Shown here one piece after another: positions 57,754 through 64,000 of a DNA stretch of 64,000 nucleotides; position 1 is the first letter of the stretch, and each line of letters begins with the position of its first letter. Location of the stretch: NCBI RefSeq assembly GCF_026210795.1, contig NC_089436.1:186001-250000 (forward strand), in the 5' to 3' direction. Made by a program: the position numbers and the translations under genes. The stretch comes from Rhizophagus irregularis. Lineage: Eukaryota. The notes beneath the pieces are model-generated. The model did not search any database, was not told where the DNA came from, and saw only the letters and a list, made by a program, of their open reading frames with translations.

Positions 57754-60700
57754 TAGTGCTCCAAAACGAGTCGAGTTGACTCACGAGTTGGTCGAGTCAA
57801 GTTGAGTCGAGTCGAGTCAAGTTTGATTTGATAATTTTCCCAAATTGATATGACAAGTCGAGTCACGAGTTAATCATGAGTCAAGTCGATTTTGATTTGA
57901 AATCGAAATCGACTTGACTCGTATGACCCGAATTGAAATCGATACGTAATACGTAAATTTTTTTAGATTATCCATAACGATCTTTTTTTATATCGATTAT
58001 ATCAATTTTTTTTTTCCTTCGAGTATTACAACTTCCCAATTTATATGTTAATCAGTTTAAAATGACTGAAAATTTGAGTTCTGGTGGTTCTTCACGAACT
58101 ACTAGTACTGTTTGGTCTCATTTTACGTTGGTTGAGGAATCAACAAAAGCCCAATGTAATTACTGCGAGTGAGTATATTGTTTGTAATATATTTTTAATC
58201 ATTTTTGTATATAAAATTGTGTCAATTTAAATAATTTAGCGCTAAGTATAAGCGAGCTAGCGGAAACACAACAAATCTTCACAAACACTTACAAAGGAAA
58301 CATCCCAGTAAAGTTGAATATGAAGCAGAAAGCACTGGTGAAATGGATAAGTTTGTTACGAAAGAAATACCTATAAGTTTATTTCCTTTCTGCTTTTTAT
58401 ATTAGTCATTTAAATTATACATTTATACAATATTTAAAAATAAATAAAAATTATTAATAAAAATTTAGCGTTATACTGCAACAATATTTCGTGAATTTAT
58501 CACTAAATGGATCGTCTGTGACGACCAACCCTTTACAGTTGTAGAAAATGAACAACTTCAAAAAATATTTCAATTATTATTCCCTAATATTAAAACTATA
58601 TCAGCAGATACAGCCCGTAATGATATTATAGATGCGTTTAAGGAAGAAAGAAATAAAATTCAAAATATTTTACAGGTATTTTTGGTACCTCTATTTTTTA
58701 TTTAATAATTCTCATAAATATTAACACATTAGAATATTAATAGAATGCTCCAGGTTGTCTTACATTTACACTTGATGCGTGGACTTCTTCAAACTTCCTT
58801 CCATTTCTCAGAATTACAGTGCATTGAATTTCCCAAAACTGGGAATTAAAAGAAATTTTGATCGATTTTTGTAAATTATCTGGCCTGCATTCTGGAGAAA
58901 ATCTATTTCAAACTTTTATCCAATGTTGTGATGATATGAGAATTCTTACTAAAGTAAGTATATTGATATAATAACCATTAATTCTTTATTGTTTTTTATT
59001 TATTTATAATCTATTTAATACAAATTATTTTTATGGAAAATAATAGATTATAGCATGTACAACAGACAATGCTTCTAATAATGATACTTTAATGAAGTCA
59101 CTAGAATCGGTTTGTCAAGAGAGGAGTATAGATTTTACCACAAAAAACAATTACGTTCGATGTCTGGCTCATATCATTAACCTTGCCGCACAAGCAGCTC
59201 TTTCTAGTTTAAAAGTTGGATATGTGGAAAATGAAAACGTACTTTTAAATGATACTAATGAAATAACTGAAGTAATTCCAAAGGTTAGGTACTTAGGTTA
59301 AATTGTTAATGTAATTATATCATTATAAGATTTAACTGATTTTATCTTATATTTATATCTTATATCTATAGCTTCACAAACTTATTATTAAAATTCACGC
59401 ATCCCCCAAAAACGAGAGAAATTGGCACGTCAATGTGAAGCTGCTCACCTCCCAAACAAAGAACTTATATCTGACGTGAAAACAAGGTGGAACTCAACTT
59501 ACGTGATGATAGAACGAAGTTGTGAATTATGAAAGGTAATTTTTTACTATTAATGATGATTAATAATAAAATTTTTTTATATAAATTGTATTATTTACTA
59601 TTTAATTATTTTAATTATACTAGACTTTGGATAACACTGTAACAGCAGATAGAGATTTAAGAAAATGGGAGTTAGTAGATTCCGAATGGAATTATTAGAA
59701 AAAATTAAAAATTTATTATATGTAAGATTTATTATTTTAAGAAAAGTTCATGCGAACTTTTCTTGTTGGACCCTGATATGTAACTATAGGAGTATGTAAA
59801 TTTATATGTAATTGTCCTATTAATTTTTAATTTTTATAATTATATTAGATATTTTGTCGTGCTACAAATCATATTTTCCATTCGCGATTTCCAACAATCT
59901 CAAACTCCGTGCCAGTTTATAATTGGCTTATGGATGAGATCGAAGATCTTCAAACCAACAAAAATACAAATGAAGTTATAAAAATAGCGGCAAAGAATGC
60001 TATGAAAAAAATTCAAAAATATTACTACTACACATCCGCCTTAGTGTATAATATATCTACAGGTATATTTTTTATATTTCTATGTTAATATTGTATTTTT
60101 TCTTCTAATTTTAACTTTTTAATATTTTTTTTTAGTTCTTGATCCCCGATTAAAACTTCAATACTATAAAGACATTGATTGGGAAGAAGAATACATTACT
60201 GAAATACGAACAAGTGTTTTTAATATATATAACACATAATATGCACCTTCACCATCAATGACTATTGAATCAGATCGAAATAGTGAGCCTAACGATAACC
60301 TATTCTATCACATATATAAAAAAAGACGTTCAACAAATGAAAATGAACTAGAATTGTTTCTTGGATATCCGGTTTTATCTGCAGAAATTAATATACTAGA
60401 ATGGTGGAAGGTACAGTATGATCAAAATTAAATAATTTCGTATTAATTATATTAATTTTATATTAATTTTTATTTTATATATATTATTTTTTTATAGTTA
60501 AATGAACCTCAATACCCTCACTTGGCAGTAATGGCTCGAGATTACCTCACTATTCCTGGTAAATATACCTTTAATAAACCATTAAAACTACAGTTATTGG
60601 GTTTAAAAATATTTTATTTAATATTTATTTTATATTTAATATTAGCGACTAGTGTTCCTGTTGAAAGAGCTTTTTCTGGCAGAACTGATCTTGTGATACA

Positions 60701-61355
60701 AAAAAGATGCAGTCTTTCAGCTGAAACAATCCGGGCGTGTATGTGCCTAAAGTCTTGGTGGAAAGCAGAATTATAAATTTATAATAATTTTTTATTTACG
60801 TAAATACTTTTATATAATATAATCAATATAAATTTGTAATATGTTTTAACTTTTAATGTTTGCTATTTACATTATTTTATTAAATAAAGAATAACTAATA
60901 ATATAAATAATCTATATAAATCATTTACACTTTACAATGAAAAAATATATAAAATTCGAGTCTGATTCAGTTTAACACATGTCAAATGATCAAAAATAGG
61001 CAAAAAAAATGGTGCAAATCGCATAAACTATTCGCAAATTTGTATAAACTATTTACAAATAGTATAGGTTAATTCGTAAATAGCCAAAAACAGCCAAGAA
61101 TAGCCAAGAATAGCCACTGCTTTTCGTGCCATTTTTTTGCCGATTTTTAGCATTTCGACCTGTGTAAACTCGACTCGACTTGACTCGACTTGAACTTGGA
61201 GTTAGACTCGAATTGATGCTTTTTATGAGTCGAGTCAAGCCAAGTCTAAAATTATTGTAATTTTTGACTTGACTCGACTCAACTCGACTCGATTTTTTTG
61301 AGTCGAGTACGATTTTGTTCAATAATTGACTTGACTCGACTCGTTCGGAGCACTA
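57754..61355 (+). mobile_element. hAT transposon with degraded multi-intron transposase
   Basis: TIR TAGTGCTCC(A/G)AACGAGTCGAGT; perfect 8-bp TSD ATTGAAAC (57746-57753, 61356-61363); GAGTC/GACTC subterminal repeats. Confidence 0.93.
58062..60776 (+). pseudogene. hAT (BED-finger) transposase, about 11 introns, with stops and frameshifts
   Basis: VWSHF..AQCNYC..HLQRKH, LDAWTS, TTDNASNN, RCLAHIINLAAQ, DVKTRWNSTY, LDPRLK, ATSVPVERAFS. Confidence 0.88.
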
Positions 61356-62214
61356 ATTGAAACTAAATTAATAAATAAATATTGAAGAATAAAGACCTTA
61401 AAATTTTGTGTTGAATAATCATCTGAAATTTGACACCACTATTAGACTTATATTCAACCTAGTCAAATTTAGGTCAAATTTTCTTTCCAAATTTGAGACA
61501 ATTGGCACCCTAAATGCACCTGAAAATTTGACCTCAATTTGACACAGGTTATCGACCTATATTTGACCTGGTCAAATTTAGGCCGAATTGTCCTATTTCA
61601 ACTAGTGTTGTCCTAAGATTTTTTTTATTTTTTTCAGGCTTCAATTGATAATATATTAACTAAAAAAACTGGAAAAGCAATTCAAGATCATATAAATAAT
61701 CTTCTTCTCATATAAAGGATAATGGCAATGTTACCGATGAAGATAATGATATTCAGGTATAATGCCAACCTTATGATTAGTTATAATAACTGTAAGATGT
61801 TTTTTCTAATCACGAATATATGACTTTTTTAAAAAAAAGAATCTTTTTCCCCAAGCACAAAATTAATAAAGAGAAAGAAGTAACACTGGTCAAAAAGATG
61901 AGTCTAGTTTTGTAAACCTGAATGGATTTATAATTTATTGCTATATAGGTGAAGCGATATAGCTGACACATTGTACGTATTGTATATGTTGTAATTTAAT
62001 GAAAAGATTCTAGTAATGAGGAAACCAAAGTATGTAGCTAATATTTTAACTGTAAATTTATTTTAAGGTTATCTCTTATATTTACTACTTTACTGAAATA
62101 TTCAAATCTAAAATAATATCTTAACGATATCATTATGAGATCGTAACGATTTCATGACGATTTTCTAAAATGATAACATATTGATATAGTTACGACTCTC
62201 TTAACGATAACGTA

Positions 62215-62510
62215 ATAATACTGTGACGATACAGTGAATGATAACAAAACGATATCATCCAGATATTTATTGATACTGAAATAGCATCATTTTAGTATCA
62301 GCACGATATCGACGCAGCAATGATACAGTGACAATACAGTGAATGATAGCAAAACGATATTATCCCAACACTAAGATAGCATCATTTTGGTATCAGCACA
62401 ATATCGTCGCAGCAATAATACAGTGACAATACGGTGAATGATAGCAAAACGATATTATCCCGACACTAAGATAGCATCATTTTGGTATCAGCACGATATC
62501 GTCGCAGTAT
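62215..62510. repeat. ~95-bp tandem repeat x3
   Basis: Repeated ATACAGTGAATGATAGCAAAACGATATTATCC..ATAGCATCATTTTGGTATCAGCAC. Confidence 0.8.
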
Positions 62511-62931
62511 TATTACATTATCATAACTGTATCAGCATGTTATCATTTAAAAATCGGCATAAAACCAATATGTTCCCATATTGATGTCGTTGAGATGTAT
62601 AGAAAACAACTAATGATTATTTAGAATATCAATCATGATATCTTAACGATATTTAAATGTTATCAGCTTGGTATTATGACAATAATTAAAGTATCAATTT
62701 TATTAATAATCAAAATTTACTTATTACATATCTGATCATAAATAATAATTACAACATTGTTACTAGTGAAATTACTAGAACTAACTTTATTTCCATAGTA
62801 TATGTGAAATTTAAAGCATTTACAATTATTTAATAATACCATTCAGTTTTTAAGAAATACGTGTAATTAATAATAATACCTACCATACTTACCGAAAATA
62901 AGATGCAACAATTGCAGACACAAGTGCTATT

Positions 62932-63904
62932 TTAATACATACTAAATCCCTGATAGACATGGAATGATTGTTTTGATTTTACCGCCAAGTCTATGGAAGC
63001 AACATCTTTAATTGTTCCTAAAAATACTCTAGTTGAATATGATATAAAGATAACGAGTGAGTAATAATATAATTTACTTATAATTTTTGATATTATAAAA
63101 ACTTTGTTTATTAATAACCTTTTGCAATATTTTATCGCCAATAGTTCTGCGCTCCTTGATAGGTTGTTACTTCTTGGATGGTTGATATACGCTACATATT
63201 TCGTGTTGTCGGTCTTGATCAATACTGTCTGATCGGAATGGCCCTGTATTATAGAAGGGAAAATAAATTGCTCTTAGCTCCAGGTGATTGATCATCTAAA
63301 GAACGAAGTATTAGTATTAGCATCTCATTTTTAAAGAATAAAGAAAATCAAGACTTCGAAGTAGTAAAACCTTCGAAATCTTTGTATAAACTCTGTCCAA
63401 TGATCAAGAAACTTAGAAATATAAAAGTGAACGTTAGATAACATTTGTTAAAATTTTTTTTTTGAAGTTTACCTTCAAAGTAAAGTCCAGGTCCGAACCT
63501 TTGGTGATATGTGTCCTGGAACTAACAAAAAAAGCAAATGAAGACGTTAGTTAACGTTTCGTTTAAGTGAAAAATAAAAAAATCAGATTTTTCAAGCTTA
63601 CCTTCGAGTAACAGCCTGGAAGCCGTGAACCTACAAAAGAGAAACTGAAATGTTTAGCTTCATTTAATTGAGAAACAATAAATAAAAGAATTTCAAAGTT
63701 ACCTTCTAGGTGTAGTAAACTTTCGTTTGGAAGAGTCACTGAGCCATTCACCCTTTTAGCTTCAAACTTCTTTTTCTGTTGCGGAGTAACGCCCTAGAAT
63801 GCAATCGTGCTGGAAAATCCGAGTTCGCGGTTGCCACAATCTTTCCTATCAACGAGGCAAGTTTTCGTACGGGAGAATTTTGAGTTGTTTCGCCTTCTGA
63901 CATT
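62932..63904 (-). pseudogene. Decayed DIRS-type retrotransposon RT-thumb/RNase H relic
   Basis: RKLASLIGKIVA..FPARLHSRALL; INHLELRAI; VLIKTDNTKYVAYIN; ..SIDL - motif order typical of DIRS pol; frameshifted. Confidence 0.6.
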
Positions 63905-64000
63905 CCCTCACTAAGCTCTTTATTTTGTGTTTTGGCAATTTAAGTGTTATTGCCTTTGAATCGAATTTGAAACCCTAAGTAATCGATCACCCGTGTAGGA

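Larger units (their letters stand above)
21904..61607. mobile_element. CACTA(CMC/EnSpm)-like element, expanded to ~39.7 kb by nested insertions
   Basis: Left end CACTAGTTGAAAAAGGA; right end TCCTATTTCAACTAGTG (reverse complement CACTAGTTGAAATAGGA); 3-bp TSD TTG at 21901-21903 and 61608-61610; subterminal AAATTTGAC/GGTCAAATTT repeats; related repeat arrays at 22.2-22.8 kb and 56.4-57.6 kb. Confidence 0.75.

Noticed and set aside
61053..61322. 89 aa Ser/Arg-rich ORF
   Set aside because: Translation of hAT subterminal GACTC repeats

Overview
AT-rich eukaryotic DNA, most likely from an arbuscular mycorrhizal fungus (Glomeromycotina, Rhizophagus-like). This is inferred from the BTB-SPRY paralogues, short GT-AG introns and the TE repertoire. 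The first ~21 kb holds host genes (three BTB-SPRY paralogues, a small BTB gene, tRNA-Met, a membrane protein) and several MITEs. Positions 21904-61607 are one nested TE stack bounded by CACTA-type termini with a 3-bp TSD. Inside it are a young Ty3/Gypsy element (separate integrase ORF, two extra genes), an IS630/Tc1-type transposase remnant, two hAT transposons, a truncated LINE and a ~20.5 kb Polinton/Maverick-like element with ~460-bp TIRs (35860-56401; ~14.4 kb without its later insertions). That element encodes an SF3/D5 helicase, a compact protein-primed PolB, an A32-like packaging ATPase, an rve integrase-chromodomain and F-box proteins. I see no double-jelly-roll capsid or adenain protease in it. 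Instead it has a retroelement-type Gag and retropepsin joined by a -1 slippery site, with no RT and no LTRs. Its intronless genes share an upstream WTTGAA motif and downstream T-runs, suggesting virus-like cytoplasmic transcription. This DNA-virus/Gag chimera is the main candidate novel system. A decayed DIRS relic closes the window. All calls were made by eye; no searches were run.
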